Assembly (NCBI GenBank): GCA_049322915.1
Contig: JBMOPW010000014.1
Span: forward strand, 256,001-320,000
Reading direction: 5' to 3'
From: Candidatus Zhuqueibacterota bacterium
Lineage (GTDB): Bacteria > Zhuqueibacterota > Zhuqueibacteria > Thermofontimicrobiales > Thermofontimicrobiaceae
DNA: 64,000 bases
In this document: piece after piece, positions 1 to 10,478 of the stretch
Layout of the letters: the number at the start of each line of letters is the position of its first letter
How positions within the stretch are numbered: the stretch's first letter is position 1
Position numbers and translations under genes: made by a program
Notes under the pieces: generated by a model
What the model was told of the DNA's origin: nothing
Databases searched by the model: none
Seen by the model: the letters and a program-made list of their open reading frames with translations, nothing else

Positions 1-138
1 GTTGGCGCATTGGCGATTGCGGTGCGACGAATTTATAAAAATGAGCAGATTGCGAATTATAAAATGAAGATGCAGAAAGAGGATGAACAACAAAAGAATG
101 TCCAACCATCGCAAACAAAATATATCAGAAATCGTTGA
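1..138 (+). CDS. 3' end of an upstream gene (partial), possibly a membrane protein of the polysaccharide locus
   Basis: Frame 1 is open from base 1 to TGA at 136-138 (VGALAIAVRRIYKNEQ...RNR*); hydrophobic stretch then basic tail; overlaps the next ORF. Confidence 0.35.
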   Translation, partial: VGALAIAVRRIYKNEQIANYKMKMQKEDEQQKNVQPSQTKYIRNR

Positions 139-1399
139 GCACGACACCTGCACACAGTGCGGGACGTGCGTGGCCATGTGCCCCACGCGCGCAATTACGT
201 TGCGGCAGCATCCGAAAATAGGGCTGTTGCCAATAGTCGATGATGATTTATGCACAGAATGTGGAATTTGCCTGAAGGTCTGCCCGGGCGAGGAATTGAA
301 CCTGGACCAGTTAAATCTGGATCTATTTGGCAAATTACCAGCCGATGAATTGTATGGAAATTATTTAGGTGTGTACACCGCTCATGCCACAGATGAAGGA
401 ATTCGCTACAACGGCGCTTCCGGCGGAGTGGCGACTGCCATACTGGATGCGCTGTTGAAATCCGGGCAAATCACCGGCGCCGCTGTGGTGCGCATGAGTC
501 GGGAGCGGTCTCTGGAACCGGATGTGTTCATCGCACGCAATACCGATGACCTCATTTCAGCCCAGCAATCCAAATACCTGCCGGTCCCCATGAATGTCGC
601 TATCAGAGATATTCTTGCGGATAAAAACGGGAAATACGCCATTGTCGGTCTGCCGTGTCATTTTCACGGGTTACGGTTGGCTGAAAAAGTGAATAAAAAG
701 CTGACGCAACGGATTGTCCTTCGGATGGGACTTTTTTGTGGATTCAATCCCACGCTGTCATCGACCAAATACCTGCTGCGTCGCGCTGGTGTGAAGGACT
801 TTTCGCAGATTGCCAATATCAAATATCGCGATGGCGATTGGCCCTGTGGATTCCGCGCGATCATGAAGGACGGCAGCGATCATTTCCTGTACCCCATCGA
901 TGAATTCTTATTTGCGCATTACGTGTTTGAACGGCGGCGCTGCGCCATGTGCTGCGATCAGCTCAACGAACTGGCTGATTTAGCGCTGGGCGACGAATGG
1001 CGCTCCGATCTCAAGGACGACGCCGGCGGCTGGTCGCATATTATGACTCGGACCGAAATCGGCGAGGAGTGCGTGCGACAGATGGTTGCGCAGGGGATAA
1101 TCCATGTCCAGGAATCCAATGCCGAACATATTTTTAGCGGTCAGCGCTACACCATGATTTTTAAAAAGCGCGGGAACTATGCCTTCGGGCGCATCCAGAA
1201 AATGTTGGGCAAGAAGATACCGAACTATTTGAAAACAACCCGCCACAAAATGAAGTGGCAATATTGGGTCGGTTCTTTCTTTGTATATCTGATTCCCGCT
1301 ATGTTTGAGAATGATGTATTCAGCCAATTGTTTGTGGGAATGCCCACCCGCGTGTGGAATAAATACCGGAATCTGATTTTGAAATTGTTCAAAGATTAG
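83..1399 (+). CDS. Coenzyme F420 hydrogenase/dehydrogenase beta-subunit (FrhB/FdhB)-like protein with N-terminal 2x[4Fe-4S] ferredoxin domain
   Basis: CTQCGTCVAMCP and CTECGICLKVCP; ASGGVAT, QSKY, VGLPCH, GLFC, RCAMCCD motifs; this family is common in polysaccharide loci. Confidence 0.85.
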   Translation: MNNKRMSNHRKQNISEIVEHDTCTQCGTCVAMCPTRAITLRQHPKIGLLPIVDDDLCTECGICLKVCPGEELNLDQLNLDLFGKLPADELYGNYLGVYTAHATDEGIRYNGASGGVATAILDALLKSGQITGAAVVRMSRERSLEPDVFIARNTDDLISAQQSKYLPVPMNVAIRDILADKNGKYAIVGLPCHFHGLRLAEKVNKKLTQRIVLRMGLFCGFNPTLSSTKYLLRRAGVKDFSQIANIKYRDGDWPCGFRAIMKDGSDHFLYPIDEFLFAHYVFERRRCAMCCDQLNELADLALGDEWRSDLKDDAGGWSHIMTRTEIGEECVRQMVAQGIIHVQESNAEHIFSGQRYTMIFKKRGNYAFGRIQKMLGKKIPNYLKTTRHKMKWQYWVGSFFVYLIPAMFENDVFSQLFVGMPTRVWNKYRNLILKLFKD

Positions 1400-1476
1400 A
1401 CAGTCGGGGACCTCATTCACTGGCAGTATCGAAAAGAAAATAGCTCCACGGTGGAAATATTAAGGATAAGAAGACG

Positions 1477-2766
1477 ATGAAAATTTTGATGGTGAATAAG
1501 TTTTATTACATTATGGGAGGGTCGGAGCGATATTATTTTGAATTGACAAAAATTTTGGAAGCTCACGGACATGAAGTCATTCCGTTTGCCATGAAAGATC
1601 CAAAGAATTTCAAAACCGAATATGAAGAATATTTTGTCGATAATATCGAATTCAATCTGGGTTCCGCGTGGGAGAAAGTAAAAAACAGCGGGAGAATCAC
1701 GGCGCGGATTATTTACTCGCTTCAGGCGCGCAAGCGAATCGAAAGTCTCATCGAGAAGACGCGGCCAGATATTGCGCACCTGCACATGATTGACCATCAA
1801 ATTTCGCCGTCCATTTTGCACTCGCTGAAAAAGTATAACATCCCGGTGATTCTGACAGCCCATCAATCCAAGGTGATATGCCCCAATTATCGGATGTTCA
1901 ACTGGAACACCATGCAGAATTGTGAGAAATGTCTGGATGGCCATTACTATCATCCGATCATCGAAAAGTGCCACAAAAACTCGCGCATGGCAGGACTGCT
2001 CATTGCCGTGGAAACTTACCTTCATAAAATGATGCGGATTTACGAGGACAATGTGGATATTTTTCATGTGCCGAGTAAATTCTTTCAGCAGAAGTTCACC
2101 CAGGCTGGCATCGATCCCCGCAAGATTGAGCAGTTATATTACACCATTCAAATCGATCAGTACAAGCCACATTACGAGAACGAGGATTATTACGTCTATT
2201 TCGGACGGTTAGAGGAGGCGAAGGGATTGATGACGCTGCTCAAGGCAGCGGAGAAAGTGAAAAAATCCCAGCTTTACATCATTGGAAAAGGCGATCACCG
2301 GGCTGAACTTGAGCAATTTGTCGCTGCGAAAAATATCACCAATGTGAAATTTCTCGGCGCACGTTATGGGGAGGAACTGAAAGACTTAATTTCCAAATCC
2401 AAGTTCATCGTCGTTCCATCGGAATGTTACGACAATTCTCCTCTCGTCGTGTATGAAGCGTATGCTATGGGCAAGCCTGTCATCGGTTCCATCATGGGCG
2501 GAATTCCCGAATTGATCGATAACAGAGAAACCGGCCTGTTGTTCCAGGCGGGTGATAGCGATGAATTGGCCGACCGAATTGATTTCCTGTTGAGTTATCC
2601 CCAATTACTGAATGAGTATGGCAGGAACGCACGGACCAAGGCGGAGCGGGAATTCAGCCCGGAGGTTCATTATCAAAAAATATTGACAAAATATCAACGA
2701 TTGCTGGGAGAGGATGTGGATGAGTCGGTTCGAGCTGAGCAACAGGCTATGCTTAGAACTCGCTAA
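1477..2766 (+). CDS. Glycosyltransferase family 4 (GT-B) with Cys-rich insertion
   Basis: MKILMVNKFYYIMGGSE start; YFGRLEEAKG; PSECYDNSPLVVYEAYAMGKPVI; GGIPELI; ICP..CEKC..C insert. Confidence 0.9.
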   Translation: MKILMVNKFYYIMGGSERYYFELTKILEAHGHEVIPFAMKDPKNFKTEYEEYFVDNIEFNLGSAWEKVKNSGRITARIIYSLQARKRIESLIEKTRPDIAHLHMIDHQISPSILHSLKKYNIPVILTAHQSKVICPNYRMFNWNTMQNCEKCLDGHYYHPIIEKCHKNSRMAGLLIAVETYLHKMMRIYEDNVDIFHVPSKFFQQKFTQAGIDPRKIEQLYYTIQIDQYKPHYENEDYYVYFGRLEEAKGLMTLLKAAEKVKKSQLYIIGKGDHRAELEQFVAAKNITNVKFLGARYGEELKDLISKSKFIVVPSECYDNSPLVVYEAYAMGKPVIGSIMGGIPELIDNRETGLLFQAGDSDELADRIDFLLSYPQLLNEYGRNARTKAEREFSPEVHYQKILTKYQRLLGEDVDESVRAEQQAMLRTR

Positions 2767-2827
2767 TTCGAAGTAGCCGGATTTCGTAACAAGAATGCAT
2801 TATTGAGATAGGATTTTTAGTGGTATA

Positions 2828-4705
2828 ATGGAGAACCTCGACTACTTTAATGTCGCTGCAAAAATCTTCTTCTGGCTGGAGAAATACCAGGTTCAGCAAA
2901 AGCAAATCGAAGCGAGGCGAAATTCTTACAAGCTGATGTTTCAACTTGATCATCCCATCGAGGGTAAAATTGATGTGATTGAGGTCTTCCCCAAGCAGGA
3001 GACGATGGTGAGTCATGGCATCGGACTGGAAATTCTGGAACATAACTGTCAAAAGGCAATTTTGGGCGTGTATGACTCCGGCGGAATTTATGATCCGATC
3101 GACAATCTGATTCCCGGCGACCATTACGCCACATCGCATTTCGCTTTGCTGGGCGCTATTTTATACATGCAAAAGCGTGACCCATTCATTCTGGAAAAAG
3201 TGATGCGGGCATTCGATTTTTTTGTGCGCACGTCAAAGGATGAATATCGTTTTGGCGACTGGTATTACCATTGGGATTTTAATAATTACTCGCTGCTGGA
3301 GACATTTCGGCTGCTCAAAGATCACCTTCCGAAGTCGGAGTTGAAATACTGGGAGCGGGGTCTTCGATCCACCAAACAAAACACAGATAATCCACTGACC
3401 AACTGGATCGCAATGCGGGCCTATGCGTCGTTGCTGCGCAATGAGCTGTTTGGACTTCCATCGGAAAAAATAAAATATCTGAGTCGGCTTCGTCGGCTCG
3501 AAAAAGCGCGGCATGCGGATGGCTGTTACGATGACGAGGTGAATCAGAGTCGGCCGATACAATATCACGTGTTCACACTGGCGCTGCTTCATCGCATGTA
3601 CATGGTGCAACCCAGTCCCAAAATCAGAAGGCGGTTTCTGGAAGGAGTGGAATTCTTCATCAAATTCATCGATCCGGATGGATGCTACAATTATATGGGA
3701 CGCGGTCAGGAACAAATATTTGGCTATGGCGCGGGACTCTATGTGCTGGAAGCTGCCAAAATGCTGGATGAAAAAAACGCTGCCATCTATCAATACAATC
3801 GGGATTTGATGTGGAATTATTTATTGAGCTATCAAAACGATGGCAGATTCCCTCTTGTGCTCAATCACAGGAAGGAGGAGGAAAAATTTGGTTGGTATGA
3901 TTATCACCATGCCACGGTGTACACTGCGTTTTTAGGTGTTTGGCTGGGACTGGCGCATTTGTTACATAGTCCGCAGGTTGATCGAGACAAGATGACGTCG
4001 GACGAGGTGAAAACCTATTTTCAGTATTTCAAACCAACGCAAAATGTGATAATGTCCAAACCGGAGTACTTTCTATCGGTGAGCGCCGGTACGCCGGAAT
4101 ATCTTTCTGAGCCGGGCGTCACGCCGAATCATATCTGGTTCAAAAATATTGGCTGGGTCTATACCTGTCCCGGTGGCCCGACACTACAGACCTTTGGAAA
4201 AAAGACGCAGGTTGAAAATGTGGAAATGAACTTCTTTGCCCCGATCGCGCGTCGCCAGAATGCAAGTTGGCTATTGCCCACGTTTCATCAGGGAGAAATT
4301 TTAAAATCCACTGCAGAACGTCTGGAGATGCGGTTTGACTACGGCGCATTTATCGTGAATCGATTCATTACATTCGATGAAAAGGAACTCATTTTTCAGG
4401 ATCGCTTTGAATTCAAAACGGATGAGATATATACGGAATTTCGGTACTGCAATTTTCCAATTGTGACAGATAAATTTAATATCGAAATATTGGGAAAGAA
4501 GCAGATCCAACTCATGGTGAACACCCGGAAAATTATCATTGATATTTTGTCAGCGGATTTCTCATCAAAAAAAATCGAAGTGCTGCAGTCAGTGAAAACG
4601 CCTAAAGGCCTGGCCCGGGTCATTGCCCTGAGAGAACTTAATTTTGCCACCAAACCGGAGCTGGAAAAGAATGTGGTGTTTTCTATTTCCAGGTTCGTCG
4701 AATAA
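2828..4705 (+). CDS. Uncharacterised protein, probable helical (alpha/alpha) domain plus beta-rich C-terminus
   Basis: 625-aa ORF in operon context; RPIQYH, MGRGQEQIFGY and GWYDYHH segments; family not confidently recognised. Confidence 0.6.
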   Translation: MENLDYFNVAAKIFFWLEKYQVQQKQIEARRNSYKLMFQLDHPIEGKIDVIEVFPKQETMVSHGIGLEILEHNCQKAILGVYDSGGIYDPIDNLIPGDHYATSHFALLGAILYMQKRDPFILEKVMRAFDFFVRTSKDEYRFGDWYYHWDFNNYSLLETFRLLKDHLPKSELKYWERGLRSTKQNTDNPLTNWIAMRAYASLLRNELFGLPSEKIKYLSRLRRLEKARHADGCYDDEVNQSRPIQYHVFTLALLHRMYMVQPSPKIRRRFLEGVEFFIKFIDPDGCYNYMGRGQEQIFGYGAGLYVLEAAKMLDEKNAAIYQYNRDLMWNYLLSYQNDGRFPLVLNHRKEEEKFGWYDYHHATVYTAFLGVWLGLAHLLHSPQVDRDKMTSDEVKTYFQYFKPTQNVIMSKPEYFLSVSAGTPEYLSEPGVTPNHIWFKNIGWVYTCPGGPTLQTFGKKTQVENVEMNFFAPIARRQNASWLLPTFHQGEILKSTAERLEMRFDYGAFIVNRFITFDEKELIFQDRFEFKTDEIYTEFRYCNFPIVTDKFNIEILGKKQIQLMVNTRKIIIDILSADFSSKKIEVLQSVKTPKGLARVIALRELNFATKPELEKNVVFSISRFVE

Positions 4706-4760
4706 ATGTGGGATGGTTCGGAAATTCAAGATTGAATAGAGAACAGAACTGGTTGTATTC

Positions 4761-5939
4761 ATGAAGATTGCATATTTCAATTATTTGTATGACATGGAGG
4801 AGAGCTCTGTCGGAGCCGCGGTTCATGTGAGGGAATTGGGAAAAGGTCTCCAGGCGCTGGGTCATGATGTTAGCATTCATTATATGAATCGTTTCACCAG
4901 TGTTGCCTCTTCGGTGCAATCACCGATTCGTGGTTATTTGAAACGAAAATTATGGCGATATCTGAACCAGGTGAATGCGCTGGTCTCCAATGCCGGCTAT
5001 TTTCGGAGAGAGTGGAAGATTTTATCGCAGGAGAAACCAGATGTCATTTTGCAGCGATATAATTTTTTAAACGTGTCCCTTGTCCTCGCTGCCCGAATGA
5101 AAAAAATACCTCTCTTGTTGGAGGTCAATGCTCCCATGGCTTATGAAAACAAGAAATTCTCTGACCATGCCGTGAGGCTGCCATTTTTCCCTGAATATCT
5201 GGAAAAAGTTAATCTTCAATTGGCCGATAAAGTATATGTGGTGTCGTCGGAATTAAAAAATTACTATGCCAAACGCGGCATTGCACCGGAGAAAATTCAC
5301 GTCGTCCCCAATGGCGCTGATGAAAAACGCTTCCGGCCGGACGTGGACACCCGGGGCATCCTTGAAAGATATTCTCTCAATAATAAAATTGTGATAGGAT
5401 TCATCGGTTCATTCCATTACTGGCATGGCGTGGACAATCTACTGAAATTTATCAAGGCCATTCTGTCGCAATACAATCATGTCTGTTTTCTCCTGGTTGG
5501 AACAGGGCCGCTTAAAGAGGATCTTGAAAAAGCGCTGGCGGCAGAGCAGAAAGATGGAAAAGTGATTCTGCCGGGATATATTCCCCACGAAGCCATTCCA
5601 GCGTATCTGGCAGTGATGGATATTGTGCTGGCGCCATATCCCAGGCTGGATTTCTTCTATTATTCGCCTTTGAAAATATTCGAATACATGGCAGCGGGCA
5701 AGACAGTCATTGCAAGCCGGGTGGGACAGATTGCAGAAATTATTCGCGAGAATCACGACGGCATGCTGGTGGAGCCGGACGATTTCGATGATATGCTTGA
5801 GAAATCAATGAAGCTCATTCGCGAAAATGCGTTGCGGGTTCAGATGGGCAAAAATGCCCGACACACGATCGAACAGAAGTATACCTGGACCCGGACAGCG
5901 GAGACGATTTCACATTTATTGCACGAGGTAGTAAAATAA
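4761..5939 (+). CDS. Glycosyltransferase family 4
   Basis: LLLEVNAP, VVPNGAD, GFIGSFHYWHG, YSPLKIFEYMAAGKTVIAS. Confidence 0.9.
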   Translation: MKIAYFNYLYDMEESSVGAAVHVRELGKGLQALGHDVSIHYMNRFTSVASSVQSPIRGYLKRKLWRYLNQVNALVSNAGYFRREWKILSQEKPDVILQRYNFLNVSLVLAARMKKIPLLLEVNAPMAYENKKFSDHAVRLPFFPEYLEKVNLQLADKVYVVSSELKNYYAKRGIAPEKIHVVPNGADEKRFRPDVDTRGILERYSLNNKIVIGFIGSFHYWHGVDNLLKFIKAILSQYNHVCFLLVGTGPLKEDLEKALAAEQKDGKVILPGYIPHEAIPAYLAVMDIVLAPYPRLDFFYYSPLKIFEYMAAGKTVIASRVGQIAEIIRENHDGMLVEPDDFDDMLEKSMKLIRENALRVQMGKNARHTIEQKYTWTRTAETISHLLHEVVK

Positions 5940-5944
5940 AACAG

Positions 5945-7423
5945 TTGAAATCTCAATTGAAGAACATGTTCAGGGAAGGAGAGAATCTTTCCAGCAAGAC
6001 GAAGCGAGGAAGCATCTGGGTATTCTTCACGAACATTATCGGCAACATTCTGAATGTGATTGTCTCCATTGTGTTGGCGCGATGGTTTCTTGGCCCGGAA
6101 GAATTCGGACTGGTGAGCATTACCATCCTCGTGTCCGAAGTGATACGCATGCTGTCGTCCCAGGGGATTTGCGATGTCATCATCTACATGAAGGATGACA
6201 GGCCCATCGCCATCAATACTCTTTTTATCATGGCGACAGCACTGGGACTGTTTTTGGCAGGCGTCACGGTCGCCCTGATCCCGGCGCTGGTCAGCTATTT
6301 CAAGCACGACGAATTGCGCGCTATTTTCCCCATCGTGGCCATTACATACCCGTTCATTTCCGGCAGTTCAATTACCCTGGCTTTGCTGAGAAAAGAATTG
6401 AAATTCAAGAATGAATCGTTTGTGCTGTTGGTCTCTCAAATTATCAGCACAGCGACGACATTAATTCTCGTGTTCCTTGATTTCAATGTGTACGCGGTGA
6501 TCTACGGGATGCTGGCCAAAGCCGTGGCGACTTTCTTCATTTCATTCTGGTCAGCGCGCTATTTCCCAAAATTCGAATTTGATTTCAAAGTGGTGAAAGA
6601 TACCTTCAATTATGTGAAGTACGTGACCGGTGAATTGGGCGTCATGTTTCTCCTGGAGCGAACCGATCAGACGGTGATCCCACGGTTTCTGGGAACCGAG
6701 GCGATGGGCTTTTACACGACGGCGTTCAACTTCGTTGAATACCCGCTGATGATGACGCGGATGACGTTTCACAAGGTATTGTTCTCCGGCTACTCGAAAT
6801 TGAATGATAAGCGGGACCGATTGAAGGAAGTATTTTTGGAAATCAGTCAGCATATTTCTATCTTTTTCATCCCGTTATTCGTTGGCCTGGGCGCAGTAGC
6901 ACAGCCGTTTATTCATTTTGTTATCGGGCCCAAATGGCAGCCGTGCGTTTTGCTGGTGCAGATCATTAGCCTGTACGCTGTCGTCAAGACCATTGCCATC
7001 ACATTCCCGCAGGTGATGAAGGCTGTTGGAAAACCAAAGTATCTCTTTTATTACAATCTGGGCCGGGTCGTGATTATGATTCCTGCCCTGATCCTGGCGG
7101 CACAGCGCAGCATCATCACCGTGGCTGTGACGATGGTCGCGATTTTATGGCTGTCAAAGCCGGTGCAGGTCTGGATGCTGCATCGCTCCATCGGAGTCAC
7201 AGTGACTGAATTCATGAAAACTTGCTATGCGCCCCTGCTTGCATCTGCTGTGATGTTCATGAGTATCATTTTCGCGCAAAGAATACTGCCGGAAATGGGC
7301 AATGGCGCCATGCTGGCCGTATTGATTTTCATTGGAATTGTCGTCTATTTCGGTGGCATGCTGCTCATCAGTTACAAACAAAGTGTGGAATTTAAAAACT
7401 TCATCCGGGCGTATTTCAAGTGA
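5945..7423 (+). CDS. wzx: Polysaccharide flippase (Wzx/WzxC-like, MOP superfamily)
   Basis: Multiple TM segments; IVLARWFLGPEEFGLV, LRKELKFK, GFYTTAF, GPKWQP motifs. Confidence 0.85.
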   Translation: MKSQLKNMFREGENLSSKTKRGSIWVFFTNIIGNILNVIVSIVLARWFLGPEEFGLVSITILVSEVIRMLSSQGICDVIIYMKDDRPIAINTLFIMATALGLFLAGVTVALIPALVSYFKHDELRAIFPIVAITYPFISGSSITLALLRKELKFKNESFVLLVSQIISTATTLILVFLDFNVYAVIYGMLAKAVATFFISFWSARYFPKFEFDFKVVKDTFNYVKYVTGELGVMFLLERTDQTVIPRFLGTEAMGFYTTAFNFVEYPLMMTRMTFHKVLFSGYSKLNDKRDRLKEVFLEISQHISIFFIPLFVGLGAVAQPFIHFVIGPKWQPCVLLVQIISLYAVVKTIAITFPQVMKAVGKPKYLFYYNLGRVVIMIPALILAAQRSIITVAVTMVAILWLSKPVQVWMLHRSIGVTVTEFMKTCYAPLLASAVMFMSIIFAQRILPEMGNGAMLAVLIFIGIVVYFGGMLLISYKQSVEFKNFIRAYFK

Positions 7424-7468
7424 GAGCGTCGCGGATTAAAGTGGCAAAATACATGGGGATTTTTTCTT

Positions 7469-8602
7469 ATGGAGCATAAAAAAATCAATGTTCTGCAATT
7501 GGTCGAAGGCCTCAGCTACGGAGGAGCAGAGGATAAACTTGTTGAACTGATCAATCACATGGATTCGTCCCGGTTCAATACGATCATGTGCAGTCTTGGT
7601 CTCGGCGATGATATTCATGATAAGGTACTGAAATCCGGCATTCAATTAGTGATGATGCCGAGAAAAAATCGCTTCGACATGGGACTGCTGCTACGACTGA
7701 AAAAAATGATGAAGGAAAATGAAATTGATATTGTGATGACTACGCTTTTTTACGCGGATGTCATGGGCGCGATCGCCGGCAGAATGGCCGGCGTGAAAGC
7801 GGTGTTTTCATGGGAGACCATTTCAGCGCCGGAATGGCTGATCAAACGGCGCCTCTGGCCGTATCAATTCGCCATGCGGTATTGTGCAAAAGTGGTTTCG
7901 GTTTCCAAAGCGACGGCTAAATTCCTCATTGAGGAACGCGGCGTGCCGGCAGAAAAAGTGATGATTATCCCCTATGGCGTCAATCTCCGGCATTATATTG
8001 TGGGTGATGGTAACGCGATGAGGCAACGGCTTGGGCTCAACGGCAAAGATTTTATCATCGGCATGGTTGCACGACTTCATCCCCAAAAAGGACATCAATA
8101 TTTATTCGAGGCGGCCAGATCCATCGTGGCAAAGTATCCCCATGTAAAATTCCTCATTGTCGGAGAGGGCGAGATTCGCAGAGAGCTGGAAGAGTCGGTC
8201 CAAAAGATGGATTTGTCATCGAACGTGACATTCTTGGGTCACCGAACGGATGTGAACGACTTGCTCAAAGCATTTGACGTTTTTACGCTGCCGTCGTTGT
8301 TTGAAGGCCTGCCTAATGTGGTGCTGGAAGCCATGTCCGCCGGGAAACCGGTTGTCGCAACATCAGTCGACGGCACTGTGGAGGCAGTGGTTCACGGTGA
8401 GACGGGATTGCTCGTCCCACCGAAAGATCCGGAGAAGCTGAAAGATGCTTTCATTCAGCTCATCGAGCACAAGGACCAGGCGCGCGATATGGGCAAAAAA
8501 GGACGACAGCGGATTGAGAACGTTTTCTCTCTGGACAAACAGGTCGAGGCGTTTCAGAACCTCTACGAAGAATATTATCAGAAGGCAAATAGAAAGAGCT
8601 AA
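7469..8602 (+). CDS. Glycosyltransferase family 4
   Basis: GGAE, VARLHPQKGH, PSLFEGLPNVVLEAMSAGKPVVAT. Confidence 0.92.
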   Translation: MEHKKINVLQLVEGLSYGGAEDKLVELINHMDSSRFNTIMCSLGLGDDIHDKVLKSGIQLVMMPRKNRFDMGLLLRLKKMMKENEIDIVMTTLFYADVMGAIAGRMAGVKAVFSWETISAPEWLIKRRLWPYQFAMRYCAKVVSVSKATAKFLIEERGVPAEKVMIIPYGVNLRHYIVGDGNAMRQRLGLNGKDFIIGMVARLHPQKGHQYLFEAARSIVAKYPHVKFLIVGEGEIRRELEESVQKMDLSSNVTFLGHRTDVNDLLKAFDVFTLPSLFEGLPNVVLEAMSAGKPVVATSVDGTVEAVVHGETGLLVPPKDPEKLKDAFIQLIEHKDQARDMGKKGRQRIENVFSLDKQVEAFQNLYEEYYQKANRKS

Positions 8603-8614
8603 AGGAGCATCTTC

Positions 8615-9406
8615 ATGAGTTATACATTTTATTCATTTCGGAATCGGACAGAGCAAGATGAAGGCATGTGGGCGGATCAAACGTTCGATGGACTGGTGGC
8701 CAGCGCCAAAAACAGGAAGCTTCATCGAATTCTGGATATACATTTGCCCCGTCCCGGGAAAGTGCTGGAAGCCGGCTGCGGCATGGGCACCTGGGTCCAT
8801 ATCATGAAATTGAAAGGGCATGATATCATCGGGATTGATTACATGCAATCCACGGTGGATAAGGTGAAGTCGTACGATCCATCGCTTCCCATCCAGCAGG
8901 GCGATGTGAACGCGCTGGAATTTGCAGACAATACGTTCGATGGCTATGTTTCGTTAGGAGTTGTCGAGCATTTCCAGGAGGGGCCGCAAAAAGCCCTCAC
9001 TGAGGCATATCGCGTGCTGAAACAGGGAGGCGTTGCTTTTATCACTGTGCCCTATTTGAATGTGTTTCGCCGATTGGTGACGCATCCCATGCGGGATGTG
9101 TATTTTGCACTGAGACGATTGCAGGGCAAAACGGATTATTTCTGGGAATATCGGTATACAAAGAAAGAGCTGGCTGGCTTCATTGAAGATGCCGGTTTCA
9201 AAGTTGTCGATGTGGATATCGATGACTATATCGAAGAAGATAATATCCATCACATCGGTTTGTACGCGGACTTCTTCTTCCTACGTTCGAAGCAGGGAGA
9301 ATTATGGGAACTGAATTCGGTGGGGAAACTGCTGCTGCGCATCGGGAAAATGTTTTCTCCCTGGCTTTTCTGTTCCGGCCTGCATATCGTTGCTGTCAAA
9401 GAATAA
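8615..9406 (+). CDS. Class I SAM-dependent methyltransferase
   Basis: VLEAGCGMG motif I; GDVNALEFADNTFD; GVVEH; RVLKQGG. Confidence 0.9.
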   Translation: MSYTFYSFRNRTEQDEGMWADQTFDGLVASAKNRKLHRILDIHLPRPGKVLEAGCGMGTWVHIMKLKGHDIIGIDYMQSTVDKVKSYDPSLPIQQGDVNALEFADNTFDGYVSLGVVEHFQEGPQKALTEAYRVLKQGGVAFITVPYLNVFRRLVTHPMRDVYFALRRLQGKTDYFWEYRYTKKELAGFIEDAGFKVVDVDIDDYIEEDNIHHIGLYADFFFLRSKQGELWELNSVGKLLLRIGKMFSPWLFCSGLHIVAVKE

Positions 9407-9421
9407 CGCGCTGTTTTTTAC

Positions 9422-10462
9422 ATGAATAAAAAAAAAGCAAAAAACCTGATCAATTCCCTGTTCGCGAAAACGGGCGTCGCTTCGCTGACGTCCCGATTCG
9501 TCACTCCCCGTGGGTACGCGAGGATATTGCTCTATCATCGCGTCAATGATCTGGTGTTGAAAGAATCATCCATTTCCGATCGATTGACAGTCACTGCCGA
9601 TAACTTCAGACGGCACATGAAATATGTAGCTGCCAATTTCAATGCCATGTCCCTGCCGGAGTTCGTTGCCAGCGCCAGGACAAAATCTGAAATCGCCAAC
9701 AGAGCGGTCATTGTGACGTTTGATGACGGCTATCTGGATAATTACCGTTTTGCATTTCCCATTCTCAAAGAGTTCAACATTCCAGCCACAATTTTTTTAG
9801 CCACGGACTATATCGGTTCCAATCGCTGTCTCTGGTGGGACGTGCTCGAGGAACTCGTTCTTGATCCAGGAATTGAACTGAAAAAGCTTGATTTGCTGGA
9901 GTTCAAAAACGAGGGTATAAATTTTGCAAAAGAAGATAGAGTCACCATCTTCTGGAAAATGTATTGGTATTTGAAATCGGTGGAGCCATCTCAGCGAGAG
10001 GAAATCATGACTCGGATTTTTCAGGCATCGGAACGAACGTCCGAAACGCAGTGTCTGAGCGCCAGGCGCATGCTTGCGTGGGATCAGATTCTGGAAATGA
10101 GTCAGCACGGGATCACGTTTGGGGCGCACACCCGGAGTCATGTGGTTCTCTCAAAAGTACCCCTGTCCTCGGCCAAAACCGAAATTGTCAATTCTAAAAA
10201 TGAAATTGAGCGCGAGACAGGAACGGCCGTGACCAGTTTTGCCTATCCCAACGGGGGGCTCGATACGTTCAATGAAGATATCATCGATATTCTGAAAAAG
10301 GCCGGCTACACCTGTGCTGTCACGACGGTGAAAGGATTCGCCTCGCCGAAAGATGATCTATTCCGATTGAAACGATACAACATCGATGGTGAGGACAGCT
10401 TCAGCACGTTTCAATGCAAGCTTACGGGCGTTTATGAATTGCCCGGGCTGAAATCAATTTAA
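9422..10462 (+). CDS. Polysaccharide deacetylase (CE4/NodB homology)
   Basis: ILLYHRV, VTFDDGYLDNY, FGAHTRSH, FAYPNG. Confidence 0.92.
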   Translation: MNKKKAKNLINSLFAKTGVASLTSRFVTPRGYARILLYHRVNDLVLKESSISDRLTVTADNFRRHMKYVAANFNAMSLPEFVASARTKSEIANRAVIVTFDDGYLDNYRFAFPILKEFNIPATIFLATDYIGSNRCLWWDVLEELVLDPGIELKKLDLLEFKNEGINFAKEDRVTIFWKMYWYLKSVEPSQREEIMTRIFQASERTSETQCLSARRMLAWDQILEMSQHGITFGAHTRSHVVLSKVPLSSAKTEIVNSKNEIERETGTAVTSFAYPNGGLDTFNEDIIDILKKAGYTCAVTTVKGFASPKDDLFRLKRYNIDGEDSFSTFQCKLTGVYELPGLKSI

Positions 10463-10478
10463 GAATGAAGAGCAGGTA

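Noticed and set aside
83..1399. Hydrogenase or methanogenesis function for the FrhB-like gene
   Set aside because: No other hydrogenase subunits nearby; the family is routinely found in polysaccharide loci
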